DNA of 48,834 bases from an uncultured Candidatus Saccharibacteria bacterium. Lineage in GTDB: Bacteria > Patescibacteriota > Minisyncoccia > Phycocordibacterales > XYD1-FULL-46-19. Of this stretch, positions 40,531 to 48,697 are shown in pieces (position 1 is the stretch's first letter; every line of letters starts with the position of its first letter). The stretch is from assembly GCA_964539475.1 (NCBI GenBank), contig CAZIIR010000002.1, positions 7,474 through 56,307 of the forward strand, given 5' to 3'. The notes beneath the pieces are model-generated. The model saw nothing but the letters and a program-made list of their open reading frames with translations, made no database searches and was not told the DNA's origin. Made by a program: the position numbers and the translations under genes.

Positions 40531-41757
40531 TTATTTATATTTAACCTTCCTCAAAAACACATAGCCAATAATCACCATAAAAACAAGGAGAAAGATAGAC
40601 CCTCGATATTGAATATCTTCGCCAAAAGGGGCAAGCAGAGTAAAAGTCGCGACCCAAATGAGTGGCCCCACAACAACCGAGGCCCGCTGGAAGAGGCTGT
40701 ACATGCTGAAATACTCTGTCTGTTCGTCCCGCGGCACCAACTCGGCATAGATTACCCGCGCCAAGCTAAAGACCAAGCCGTAGGACAAACCAGAAAGTAC
40801 GAGGACACCGAAAACCAGAACTTGGTTTTTGGGTACAATCGCGAGTAAAAAGAAACACAGACCGTAGAGAAGACTGGACATTAGCAAGGTTGCCATCTTT
40901 GACTTAAGAAATAAAACAAAACGAAAGGCTAGTAATCCGCCCACCAAGCCAAACCCAAGTCCGATCAATGCCGTATAGATGACCATCTGATCAGAAAGAT
41001 CAAAAACTTTGGAAAGGTAAACTGTGGCGTAGATCTCAAATGTCGAAATAGCGTCGGACAAGAAAAGCATACCCAGGAGAAAAAACAAAACCGGTTTATC
41101 ATTTTTAATCTTTCGCCAAAAGTCGGAGTAGGAAAAAGCCACCAGTTCTTCTTTCTTCACACCTACCTCTTTCGCAAAAAGCAGGAAAGGCAGTCCGAGT
41201 AAAACTGATAATACCGCCCCCACCACCAGCGCGAGTGGTTTACCGGAGAGACCCAAAAAAATCGCCCCACTCGCCACCAAAGGACTGACCAGGGCCATCG
41301 CTAGCGCATTGCCAAACTGCCCTAAAGCGTAACCACGACCGGAAACGACAACATCGTTATCCTGATTTGATAGTGCCCGTAAAAGCGAAGAGTAAACCGC
41401 GACACTACCTTGAAAACAGAATTGAAAGAAAATGTAGACGAGGAGCGCTATAATCTGAACCGTAATGCTAGACAGGCTGTCATTTGCAAAAAGGTAGCCC
41501 AAAATAATGAGCGAGACAGCCATCCCAATCAAGCCGTAAGTCAGAAGTGGCCGACGGCGGCCAGTCTGATCGGCCCGGCGACCCAAGGGCGGTAGAAGAA
41601 CAAGCAGAAGGACCGTCGAGAGCGAAGCAGCCACACCGATCCACTCCTCCATTCCGCCTTTCTCAACAAATATTAGGGGAAAATAAAAAATTAAAACAAC
41701 CGAAGCAAAGGAGTTGGCGAAATCGTATAAGTACCAAAGTCGGATTTGTTTAGTCAT
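40531..41757 (-). CDS. MFS transporter (UMF1/Atg22-like)
   Basis: 408 aa with about 12 TM helices. The N-terminus reads LWYLYDFANSFASVVLIFYFP. Confidence 0.8.
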   Translation of the reverse strand: MTKQIRLWYLYDFANSFASVVLIFYFPLIFVEKGGMEEWIGVAASLSTVLLLVLLPPLGRRADQTGRRRPLLTYGLIGMAVSLIILGYLFANDSLSSITVQIIALLVYIFFQFCFQGSVAVYSSLLRALSNQDNDVVVSGRGYALGQFGNALAMALVSPLVASGAIFLGLSGKPLALVVGAVLSVLLGLPFLLFAKEVGVKKEELVAFSYSDFWRKIKNDKPVLFFLLGMLFLSDAISTFEIYATVYLSKVFDLSDQMVIYTALIGLGFGLVGGLLAFRFVLFLKSKMATLLMSSLLYGLCFFLLAIVPKNQVLVFGVLVLSGLSYGLVFSLARVIYAELVPRDEQTEYFSMYSLFQRASVVVGPLIWVATFTLLAPFGEDIQYRGSIFLLVFMVIIGYVFLRKVKYK

Positions 41758-42421
41758 TATTTAATATTGCCAATGATAATGTTATTATTCCCTCCCCTTC
41801 TTCCTTAATCAAATTTCCCAGAAAGATATAATTACGATCATGCTTTTGATTTATATATACCTGTACAACCTCACACTCTCCTAGAACACTGCTAAAATAT
41901 TTGTATCCCATTTCAGGTGGGGCAAAAATAACAATATCTTCGGAAATATACTTGCGAATATCTGCTACCAATGTAACAAGGTCAGGGTTTTCAACATTCC
42001 TTTCTTCTGCTGTGTATTGAAAATATTTATCTGGATACCAATATGGAATATCGTAAATAACAATGTCAGCTTTTACGTTTTTCAATATCTCTTTATTAGA
42101 CACATTTCCTTGAATAAGTATTGAGTTTTCTGACACTCCTGCTTTTTGTAAATTATCCTTGCATGCTTCGAGTGCCTGTCTATCAATATCAATACCAATC
42201 ACTTTATCAAATACTGGCGCTAAGTATTCCATCGTTACTCCGACAGCACAGCATAATTCTAAAAGGACTTTTGAAGGGTCGCCAATTCTATTAGCCAACC
42301 ACTGCGCCGCCATAGGGTTATTTGATAAATAGAGAGCCAGGGTATCTCCGACGATATCCTGTCTATAGCCTCGTTTCGCTATAAGTGTTGAACGAGTTTT
42401 TTCATTTAGGGGTGATTCCAT
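41750..42421 (-). CDS. Class I SAM-dependent methyltransferase
   Basis: Motif I is VLLELCCAVGVT. The acidic loop is VIGIDID. The segment DIVIYDIPY is post-I/IV-like. Confidence 0.7.
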   Translation of the reverse strand: MESPLNEKTRSTLIAKRGYRQDIVGDTLALYLSNNPMAAQWLANRIGDPSKVLLELCCAVGVTMEYLAPVFDKVIGIDIDRQALEACKDNLQKAGVSENSILIQGNVSNKEILKNVKADIVIYDIPYWYPDKYFQYTAEERNVENPDLVTLVADIRKYISEDIVIFAPPEMGYKYFSSVLGECEVVQVYINQKHDRNYIFLGNLIKEEGEGIITLSLAILNND

Positions 42422-42444
42422 ACTAAAAGCCTAGCAAAGTAAGA

Positions 42445-42849
42445 CTAAAATGAAAAATCCTTAAATAGCCCAATCCACCCGAGGTCAAGCCATAATTTAA
42501 GATCACTATAAAAAGGATTCTCCGGTGATAATTGTTCAAGCAATAGAATTGACGCTTTGGTTTCTCCGGTCAAGTTCAATCCAACCCGAAAAGCAATCTC
42601 TGCGTATACCCCTGGACCGATATATCCTTTGATATTTTTATTCTCTTCGTTGGCCACAAAGTGAATATCGGCTTTAGCTAAGTCAGAATAAAATTCTTGG
42701 TGAATGACAGGATATTGAATCGCAAACTCCCCGTTTGCTATAGGTTTAGGATAGTTGATAACCTTATACCCTTTTGCCCTCCAAAAAACATCCCATTTTT
42801 TCATCTTTTCTTCCAGAGAGACACTCCCTGAAATCACAACTGTTTTCAT
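42445..42849 (-). CDS. Hypothetical protein (possibly nucleoside 2-deoxyribosyltransferase-like fold)
   Basis: 134 aa. The segments MKTVVISGS... and ADIHFVAN......GYIGPGVYAEIAF resemble that family only loosely. The ATG lies 6 nt after a TGgTAGAGT -10. Confidence 0.5.
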   Translation of the reverse strand: MKTVVISGSVSLEEKMKKWDVFWRAKGYKVINYPKPIANGEFAIQYPVIHQEFYSDLAKADIHFVANEENKNIKGYIGPGVYAEIAFRVGLNLTGETKASILLLEQLSPENPFYSDLKLWLDLGWIGLFKDFSF

Positions 42850-42888
42850 CTAAAAACTCTACCAGGTTAGAGTCAAAAAGTCATTGGC

Positions 42889-42930
42889 GTAAATTTATTA
42901 ACACTCCCCTGGGCTTCCAATCTTTGAACC
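42889..42930 (-). repeat. Intergenic module copy G (partial; TGTTAATA variant)
   Basis: The plus strand reads gtaaatttattaacactcccctgggcttccaatctttgaacc. It aligns with copy A over about 45 nt. Confidence 0.5.
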
Positions 42931-42983
42931 TTTTTCACAAAGAATCGAATTTTGATTCCAGTAATTTAATTCCTAAAAACTTT

Positions 42984-43391
42984 CTATTTTTCAACAATTG
43001 CGGTTACCTCAATCTCTATTTTGGCACCAGTTCTTGTCATACGATTCACTTCAACAAGAGTGCTGACTGGCATGGAGTTTTTAAAATATTCGCCTCTAAT
43101 CTTCGAGATTTTATCAAAATCATTCATGTCAGTGACATAGATAACCGCCTTTACAACATCATCTAATGTTGCGCCGGCGTGCTCCAATATCTTCTGTATA
43201 TCTTCAAATACTAGTTTGGTTTGTTCTTCCACGTCGTCTGTCACCACCCTGTGACTATCATCTTTGGGTGCTTGTACACCAGATACGTAGATTTGATAGA
43301 AGTCGCCCACATCAATCTTCTTTGCAGGAATGTAGCTGCCTCTGGTTTTGTAATCACCGAGGACTATATCTTCTATGTATTTCTTACTCAT
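42984..43391 (-). CDS. RidA/YjgF family protein
   Basis: The segment VKAVIYVTDMNDFDKISKIRGEYF....PVSTLVEVNRM...AKIEIEVTAI is the canonical RidA C-terminal pattern. Confidence 0.85.
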   Translation of the reverse strand: MSKKYIEDIVLGDYKTRGSYIPAKKIDVGDFYQIYVSGVQAPKDDSHRVVTDDVEEQTKLVFEDIQKILEHAGATLDDVVKAVIYVTDMNDFDKISKIRGEYFKNSMPVSTLVEVNRMTRTGAKIEIEVTAIVEK

Positions 43392-43427
43392 GAGCTCATT
43401 ATCCCAAGTTCTGCCATTAAATGCTAT

Positions 43428-43475
43428 CTGCTCCCCCGGAGTGAGTGAAGCAGTTCATTCACTCCGGGGGAGCAG
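43428..43475. repeat. 22-bp near-perfect hairpin
   Basis: ctgctcccccggagtgagtgaa (43428-43449) pairs with ttcattcactccgggggagcag (43454-43475). There is a single G-T position and the loop is gcag. Confidence 0.8.
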
Positions 43476-43550
43476 AATTAAAACACCTGACGGCGTTCTA
43501 AATTTTGCTCTACACCCTCTACAACATCCGAACCTTGGGGTAAAAGAAAA

Positions 43551-43584
43551 GGCCACCACCCTAAATATGATAGGGGTGGTGACC
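43551..43584 (-). terminator. Intrinsic terminator of the 43600-43959 gene
   Basis: ggtcaccacccc / ggggtggtggcc-type stem. On the minus strand it is followed by ttttctttta. Confidence 0.75.
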
Positions 43585-43599
43585 AGATGAGTATCTAGG

Positions 43600-43959
43600 T
43601 CAGATCTCAAGATACTCCGCCTTCTGCAGCATCACATAGATGTAGACGGTGAGGTTTCGATCATAATCCGCCAGGAACATCATCACGTCCTTGCGGATTT
43701 GGGCAACCCGATCCTTCAGATTACTTTCACGCTCAGGACCACCATTGCCGTAGATCATGATGCCGACGTCTTTGTGACCAGTATCGTACGGACCGGACTC
43801 CGAAAATCGAACCTCAACCTTGTTTGGAGTGAGATGGAGCTCCGGGTTTGACGGAACATCAAGTGCCCTCGCGACACTCTCTCCGATTGTTGGTCCAAGT
43901 TTCGACAGTATGTCTCCTTCGAGCCGACCCTTCGCGTAGTGAACCAGACAGATTGGCAT
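43600..43959 (-). CDS. Hypothetical protein (119 aa), possibly tautomerase-superfamily-like
   Basis: GGAAGGAG lies upstream. It has its own promoter and terminator. The N-terminus MPICLVHY (Pro after Met) and the size resemble tautomerase/MIF-type proteins. This is weak evidence. Confidence 0.6.
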   Translation of the reverse strand: MPICLVHYAKGRLEGDILSKLGPTIGESVARALDVPSNPELHLTPNKVEVRFSESGPYDTGHKDVGIMIYGNGGPERESNLKDRVAQIRKDVMMFLADYDRNLTVYIYVMLQKAEYLEI

Positions 43960-44000
43960 GAGGTAACTCCTTCCTCTTCTTTGTGGTTTTTTCTGCCTTA

Positions 44001-44031
44001 CTTATAACACGGCACTGTAAATTTGTTAACA
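44001..44031 (-). promoter_or_regulatory. Promoter within module copy A (TTAACA-17-TATAAG, extended TGt)
   Basis: The minus strand reads GTGTTAACAAATTTACAGTGCCGTGTTATAAGT. The palindrome TGTTAACA is at 44024-44031. Confidence 0.6.
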
Positions 44032-44080
44032 CTTGGCTCCGCTCCCTGCGGGAAGTTAGAACTTTGAGGTAAAAGCAAAA

Positions 44081-44108
44081 CCTGCGACTCCATTACTGGA
44101 AGCGCAGG
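44081..44108 (-). terminator. Terminator of the aminotransferase gene
   Basis: Imperfect stem cctgcg..ct / ag..cgcagg. On the minus strand it is followed by tttgctttta. Confidence 0.6.
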
Positions 44109-44127
44109 CTTGTAAGGCCGAAGGATA

Positions 44128-45360
44128 TCATTTGTAGCGAACGTTGGCCTGCTTGAATGCCGCGACCAGGTGTTCAATCATCGCTTCGACATCGCCGCAC
44201 ACCGCGTACCGCATGTACGGATCAAAGTGAACACCGACGACGCCGGTCTTCGTAATCATCAGCCGATTGAACTGCTCGGAGGACTCGATCTTCTCGCCGA
44301 AAGCATGGACTGGGCATTTCCACAAAGTAAAGAAGCCCGCCTTCGGTTTGACCGCCAGCTCCATCCCGCATGATTGGAGCGTCTCCGTCAGAACCTTCAC
44401 CCGCCGGGTGTACATCTGCCTTGTCGCCTCAAGCGACGCCCGATCGTTTTCGAGAACGTGAAGAATACTGACCGCCAGCGGTGCATTAAAGCCACTGTCG
44501 GTGTTCCCCTTCACAGTCGCAATATCGGCAATGAAATCTGCCGAACCGACCATGGCACCGGCACGCCAGCCGGTAAAGTTGCCGATCTTGGAGCCGGAAA
44601 AAGCTTCGGCCCACGAGAGGTTGGGATAGTGTACTGCCACGTCGGCCAAGGTACACAGTCGTTCGCCCTCATGGGGAAGCGCAGCGTATGCGGCGTCATT
44701 GAAGAGTCGCACGCCGTTTTCTTCGCAGTAGGCACAGACAGCGTAAAGCCATTCGACCGATGCGGTCTGCCCAGTGGGATTGCCCGGGTAGTTCATCATG
44801 ATAAGGCTGTTGGCACCACCATCACCAAACCGTTCTGCCGCTTCACTGGGTTCGAAAAGGAAGTCGTTGCCGGGATCTGTGCCAAGGGCCCGATGGCTCA
44901 AAAGGGCCCCAGTGTTCTCAAGATAACGGCACTGGTCAGCCGGGGTCGGATACCCGGGCTTCGTCGTCGTGTAGACCATGAAGCGCGAGATCACACCCAT
45001 GTCAGCAGACTGCAACGCCGCCATGATGACCACCTGAAGCATGGACTTGATCCCATGCACAGGAAGGTAGGCCAGGTGGTCGAACATCGCAAGGTTCTGC
45101 TCGACATGTGCCTGAACAAAGCGCTCGGCGAAATCCGGCATCGGCAAGCACCCATTGTCCTGGTACTCATGCCAGACTTCGTCATCAGACATGATGAGCT
45201 CTGCCGCCTTCCGACGCGCCGACTCATAAGCTGGGCCAGTTGGCTGGCCGATTGAAAGACGGTGAAGTTTCAACCCACATCCTTCAGCTTCGCGACTCAT
45301 GGCCTTGATACTTTGGAAGAGGTTAGCCCCCATCCTAATCCGCGGTTTCAGCATTAGCAT
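44128..45360 (-). CDS. PLP-dependent aminotransferase, class I/II (possibly LL-diaminopimelate aminotransferase-like)
   Basis: Motifs are NYPGNPTG, the lysine motif FSGSKIGNFTGWRAG and NDAAYA. AGGAG placement favours ATG 45354 as the start. The gene lies next to a dapB-like gene. Confidence 0.8.
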   Translation of the reverse strand: MLMLKPRIRMGANLFQSIKAMSREAEGCGLKLHRLSIGQPTGPAYESARRKAAELIMSDDEVWHEYQDNGCLPMPDFAERFVQAHVEQNLAMFDHLAYLPVHGIKSMLQVVIMAALQSADMGVISRFMVYTTTKPGYPTPADQCRYLENTGALLSHRALGTDPGNDFLFEPSEAAERFGDGGANSLIMMNYPGNPTGQTASVEWLYAVCAYCEENGVRLFNDAAYAALPHEGERLCTLADVAVHYPNLSWAEAFSGSKIGNFTGWRAGAMVGSADFIADIATVKGNTDSGFNAPLAVSILHVLENDRASLEATRQMYTRRVKVLTETLQSCGMELAVKPKAGFFTLWKCPVHAFGEKIESSEQFNRLMITKTGVVGVHFDPYMRYAVCGDVEAMIEHLVAAFKQANVRYK

Positions 45361-45495
45361 CTCCTGTCTTTTGGCACAACCTTAAAAAGTCAGCCGTTGC
45401 AGTTCATATTTCAAAGTTCTAAAAATCCAAGGCTACTGTGCCCCAGAAACTGCGATATTACTAGCACATAAATATGGAAAAAGTAAATATAAAAA

Positions 45496-45524
45496 GCGCC
45501 CAGCTGTCAGAGACAGCTGGGCGC
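45496..45524 (-). terminator. Intrinsic terminator of dapB-like gene
   Basis: gcgcccagctgtc / gacagctgggcgc perfect stem. On the minus strand it is followed by tttttata. Confidence 0.85.
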
Positions 45525-45545
45525 ACCTTGCGGTTCGCTTAAGAT

Positions 45546-46385
45546 TCAACCTTCCAAGACATCAATCATGGAGAAGACCTTGCCTTTGACTCCCAGCCTT
45601 ACCTGACGGACCAGGAAGTCGAGAGCCTTCATCGTGCCGTCGACATAGGGCGCACGGCCGTTGATGTTGTGGACAAACTCCACTTTCATCGAATCATCAG
45701 GTTTTGAGATTGAGTACGAGTGCCAACCGTGACCGCCCAGATGTTCCGCCGGAACACCCATGGAGAGTTGCTGCTCCTCGTCACGAATCATCACAATCTG
45801 GGACTCTTCGAACGGCAGACCCAGGGCCCGGAAGTGCGGAATCATCGCCCGGGCTGTGCCGCTTGAGTCAGGCTTGGCTTTCTGGTGGCTCTCGACAATC
45901 TGCAACCTGAAGCCAGAAAAGCAGTCGGGAAAGTTTTCCGCGCCGTACTGGATCATCGCCTGTAGGGCCACCACTGGAGCAGCCATGTTGGGGGCGATCA
46001 CAGCGCAGATTTCCCAAGCCTCAACTTTCTGCTTGAGCACGTCGCGGTCACCGCCAGTCGTTCCCATGACGAAAGGAAGACGCTGTCTGCAATAAAAATC
46101 ACCGTTGTCGTTTACCGCACTCGGATGCGAGAAATCGATGACGACCACCGGGCATCCAAAAGCGCGAGCCTCGGACAGTCCGTCGAGAAACTTCTCCCTT
46201 TCCCTTGGCTGGAAAAGGTTAATCACCTGCCCTCTGATATCCATGCGATAGCTTGGATCACTGGGTCCAGTTAACCCAACGGTGGCCAGATGATACTTCC
46301 CCCCGTCAACCAAACCGTTTGCCACCAGTCTCGCCATCTTTCCCGGCAAGCCACTGATCGCCACAAACACCTTCTTTTCCAGCAT
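45546..46385 (-). CDS. dapB: 4-hydroxy-tetrahydrodipicolinate reductase (DapB), plant/chlamydia-like type
   Basis: The N-terminal Rossmann segment is VFVAISGLPGKMARLV. Further segments are FVMGTTGG, VIAPNMA and the substrate motif IVESHQKAKPDSSGTA. Confidence 0.75.
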   Translation of the reverse strand: MLEKKVFVAISGLPGKMARLVANGLVDGGKYHLATVGLTGPSDPSYRMDIRGQVINLFQPREREKFLDGLSEARAFGCPVVVIDFSHPSAVNDNGDFYCRQRLPFVMGTTGGDRDVLKQKVEAWEICAVIAPNMAAPVVALQAMIQYGAENFPDCFSGFRLQIVESHQKAKPDSSGTARAMIPHFRALGLPFEESQIVMIRDEEQQLSMGVPAEHLGGHGWHSYSISKPDDSMKVEFVHNINGRAPYVDGTMKALDFLVRQVRLGVKGKVFSMIDVLEG

Positions 46386-46438
46386 GACACTAGTCCTCCT
46401 CTCGTAGAAGTAGAAACGCCTATTTCAATCCAATCTAA

Positions 46439-46469
46439 CTACTACCACACCTATGTTAATTTGTTAACA
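46439..46469 (-). promoter_or_regulatory. Promoter within module copy B (TTAACA-17-TAGTAG, extended TGg)
   Basis: The minus strand reads GTGTTAACAAATTAACATAGGTGTGGTAGTAGT. TGTTAACA is at 46462-46469. Confidence 0.55.
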
Positions 46470-46518
46470 CGATGCTCCGCGGACTCGAGTGAGTGAGGAA
46501 ATTTACATAAACAACAAA

Positions 46519-46564
46519 CCCGCCTCACAAAGTGACAGCGTGATTGCTGTCCCGTGAAGGCGGG
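46519..46564 (-). terminator. Composite hairpin terminator of the 46566-46889 gene
   Basis: The outer stem is cccgcctcac / gtgaaggcggg and the inner stem is gacagc / gctgtc. It starts 1 nt after the stop codon. Confidence 0.7.
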
Positions 46565-46565
46565 A

Positions 46566-46889
46566 TTACCTCGGACGAACAGAGCGCAGAAGAGTGCGCC
46601 CTTTTTCTGTTTCTGAAAGTTCACTCTTGGCGCCCACAGCCTCTTCTTTCGTCTTGAAACGGGCCGTTTCTTCAACGGCTGGTTTGCCGCGAACGAGAAG
46701 GGTCATGATTCCCTCGGCGAACTCTGCACCCATCTGGTACGTTTCCAAGCCATCGTCTGTTAGACGAAACAGCGCCCATTCGTCATCAGGTTCAACATTC
46801 CCATTCTCAATCACCGTACACAGAGGTAGACCTCCGACCCCATGTTCTCGGCAATTTGTCTCTCCTATTACCACTTTCTGACCGGCCAT
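46566..46889 (-). CDS. Hypothetical protein (107 aa), GC-rich unit
   Basis: AAGGAGGGAGG lies upstream of the ATG. The promoter is at 46936-46963 and a terminator follows. I recognised no family motif. Confidence 0.6.
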   Translation of the reverse strand: MAGQKVVIGETNCREHGVGGLPLCTVIENGNVEPDDEWALFRLTDDGLETYQMGAEFAEGIMTLLVRGKPAVEETARFKTKEEAVGAKSELSETEKGRTLLRSVRPR

Positions 46890-46935
46890 AAAATCACCTC
46901 CCTCCTTTGGCCATGGTTAGATTTGTCTAAAGTAA

Positions 46936-46963
46936 TTACTACCACCCGTAGTTTTTTTGTCTA
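46936..46963 (-). promoter_or_regulatory. Promoter (TAGACA-16-TAGTAA, extended TGg)
   Basis: The minus strand reads CTAGACAAAAAAACTACGGGTGGTAGTAAT. Confidence 0.55.
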
Positions 46964-47267
46964 GAAAACCCTTTCTGCTTTCCTTTCCGTCAGACAAGGA
47001 CTCGCGGCTCACCCTTATATTCTCAAGCATCACCACCGACACAGTCCCCGGATCAGTACGCATCGAACTTGGCGGAATGGTTGGCAGAGGTGGAAGCGGT
47101 TGTTCATTGAAGATGGCAAGGCCGAGGATATATAAACATGCCGTCAGTTCCAATAGCTCTTGCGAACTGCAGGAGGTGAGGAAATTAGAGTAAAAGAAAA
47201 GGCCGCTCAAGCTACAAGAGCTCAAGCGGGCCAAAGACGAGACAACAAGATTTCAGGATTCAAGTGA

Positions 47268-48101
47268 TCAGGACTCCGCCAGACCACTGCGGGAGAATAG
47301 GACGCCGAGGTCGTCGTTCAAGTACCCGGGGCCATAGCATTCCACGCCCGCACCGTCCGAGTCAGCATTGCCGACGTACACCAGGTCCCCGTCCGCATCA
47401 CGGGAGGTGGTCCAGGAATTCACGTTCTCGAGCAGACGCTCGCGGTTCACACCCTGGTAGAGCGCAATCGAGTAGACCAGCTCGCCAGGAGAAAGGCGGA
47501 AGAGTTGATTCACCTTGAGAGCGACGAGCTCTTCGGTGGCCTTCTGCTCGTCGTTGTCCATGAGCCAGTCCAGGCGGCTTTCGTTGGCGTCAAACTCTTC
47601 GACGGCTTCCTGGTACAACATTGGCAATTCCTCGCCCTCGTAAACCTGGTTGACCAGATAGTCCACGATGGCCTGCGTCTGGCCCAGATAGTTTTCTTTA
47701 GTCGAATCCGGAATCACTTTCCGACTGACGAATTTCCAAGTCAGCACGGGCGCGATCGGATTCGTCGCGAAGAAGACTTCCTCCTTGTACCAGTTCGTCA
47801 GAACGTAGAGCAGTCTGCCATCATCAGCGAGCTTGTTGCCAAGATGGTCGCAGACGCCCTTCATGGTAAGCGGGGCCCCAGTGGCATTTTTGTCGGCAAA
47901 GAGGACGAGGAACTGGCCAAGAGCGCGAGCTCGGACGAGCTCCTCTTCCGTAAACGGAATGGGCGGAGCTTCCACCTCGATTCCAAATACTTGCTTCACT
48001 TCCGTGGCGCCGAGACAGTCGGTGCCGCGAAAGAAGAGGTTGCGAGCGAAGTTTTCACTAGCTCTGATTGCTGGTTGTGTCGGTGTTGCAGCGACGTTCA
48101 T
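47268..48101 (-). CDS. Hypothetical protein (277 aa), GC-rich unit
   Basis: GGGGAG lies upstream of the ATG. A consensus promoter is at 48197-48224. The ORF is the only long frame here that carries start signals. I recognised no family motif. Confidence 0.7.
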   Translation of the reverse strand: MNVAATPTQPAIRASENFARNLFFRGTDCLGATEVKQVFGIEVEAPPIPFTEEELVRARALGQFLVLFADKNATGAPLTMKGVCDHLGNKLADDGRLLYVLTNWYKEEVFFATNPIAPVLTWKFVSRKVIPDSTKENYLGQTQAIVDYLVNQVYEGEELPMLYQEAVEEFDANESRLDWLMDNDEQKATEELVALKVNQLFRLSPGELVYSIALYQGVNRERLLENVNSWTTSRDADGDLVYVGNADSDGAGVECYGPGYLNDDLGVLFSRSGLAES

Positions 48102-48196
48102 TGGCTTAACTCCCCTTCAGTAAGGATGCGGTTTGGGTTCCGTCGTTCCTAAAATCTATATTTTAAAGGGAATACTTCCCTGACAATCTGAGGGGT

Positions 48197-48224
48197 ATTA
48201 TAACAATTAATTACAAAAAGTCAA
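48197..48224 (-). promoter_or_regulatory. Consensus sigma-70 promoter (TTGACT-16-TATAAT)
   Basis: The minus strand reads TTGACTTTTTGTAATTAATTGTTATAAT. Confidence 0.65.
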
Positions 48225-48261
48225 TGAAGCGTCATGTTTCCATACTTTGGCCCCGTTTTTG

Positions 48262-48323
48262 CTAATTTGTTAACACTCGGCTCCGTCGGCTCGAGGAAGT
48301 GAGGAAATTAGGGTAAAAGAAAA
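48262..48323 (-). repeat. Intergenic module copy C (full length)
   Basis: The minus strand reads TTTTCTTTTACCCTAATTTCCTCACTTCCTCGAGCCGACGGAGCCGAGTGTTAACAAATTAGC. TGTTAACA is at 48268-48275. Confidence 0.65.
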
Positions 48324-48351
48324 GGTCTCGTGCAAGTCACCGCACGAGACC
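48324..48351 (-). terminator. Intrinsic terminator of the 48371-48631 gene
   Basis: ggtctcgtgc / gcacgagacc perfect 10-bp stem. On the minus strand it is followed by ttttctttta. Confidence 0.85.
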
Positions 48352-48370
48352 TCAACCAAAAACCTAACGC

Positions 48371-48631
48371 TCAGCCGTTCTTAATGTCTATCGAGATGCG
48401 GTCAACCATCGGACCAGCTGGAGTATCGCGAGTGGTGGTGCGATTCTTTACTCCACTTTCATTGAGGAGCTTAAGCAATATCTCCAACTCTCTCAGCTCC
48501 ACTTCTTCCAATTCTGATCCTTTCTCCGCTGGCACCGAGAATGTCACGCTACCGTGGTTTATCTCAACATCTAGGTGCCACACTCCTCTGACGATGGTAA
48601 GTGGTGGATAGCAATAAAATCTACTCAACAA
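48371..48631 (-). CDS. Hypothetical protein (86 aa), GC-rich unit
   Basis: TTG start with GGGAGG 6 nt upstream. The promoter is at 48667-48697 and a terminator follows. Confidence 0.55.
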   Translation of the reverse strand: MLSRFYCYPPLTIVRGVWHLDVEINHGSVTFSVPAEKGSELEEVELRELEILLKLLNESGVKNRTTTRDTPAGPMVDRISIDIKNG

Positions 48632-48666
48632 CGTACACCTCCCTTCTCAAGGTTTTTCTGAAGTAA

Positions 48667-48697
48667 TTTCTACCACACCACTGTAAATTTGTTAACA
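48667..48697 (-). promoter_or_regulatory. Promoter within module copy D (TTAACA-17-TAGAAA, extended TGg)
   Basis: The minus strand reads GAGCCGAGTGTTAACAAATTTACAGTGGTGTGGTAGAAAT. TGTTAACA is at 48690-48697. Confidence 0.6.

Noticed and set aside
44374-45255. 293-aa plus-strand ORF, together with other long antisense ORFs in GC-rich genes: 47505-48152, 35679-36281, 32208-32750, 5993-6307 and 23129-23608.
   Set aside because: They lie antisense to genes with clear family motifs or clear start signals. They lack an RBS and promoter, and their products are low-complexity and rich in R, P and S. These are typical shadow ORFs of GC-rich coding DNA.
46917-47234. 105-aa minus-strand ORF and 78-aa plus-strand ORF (46957-47193) in the gap of the unit array.
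   Set aside because: The minus-strand ORF begins inside the post-gene repeat and runs through the next gene's promoter. Neither ORF has an RBS. The interval is treated as a decayed or non-coding slot; see the finding at 46890-47267.
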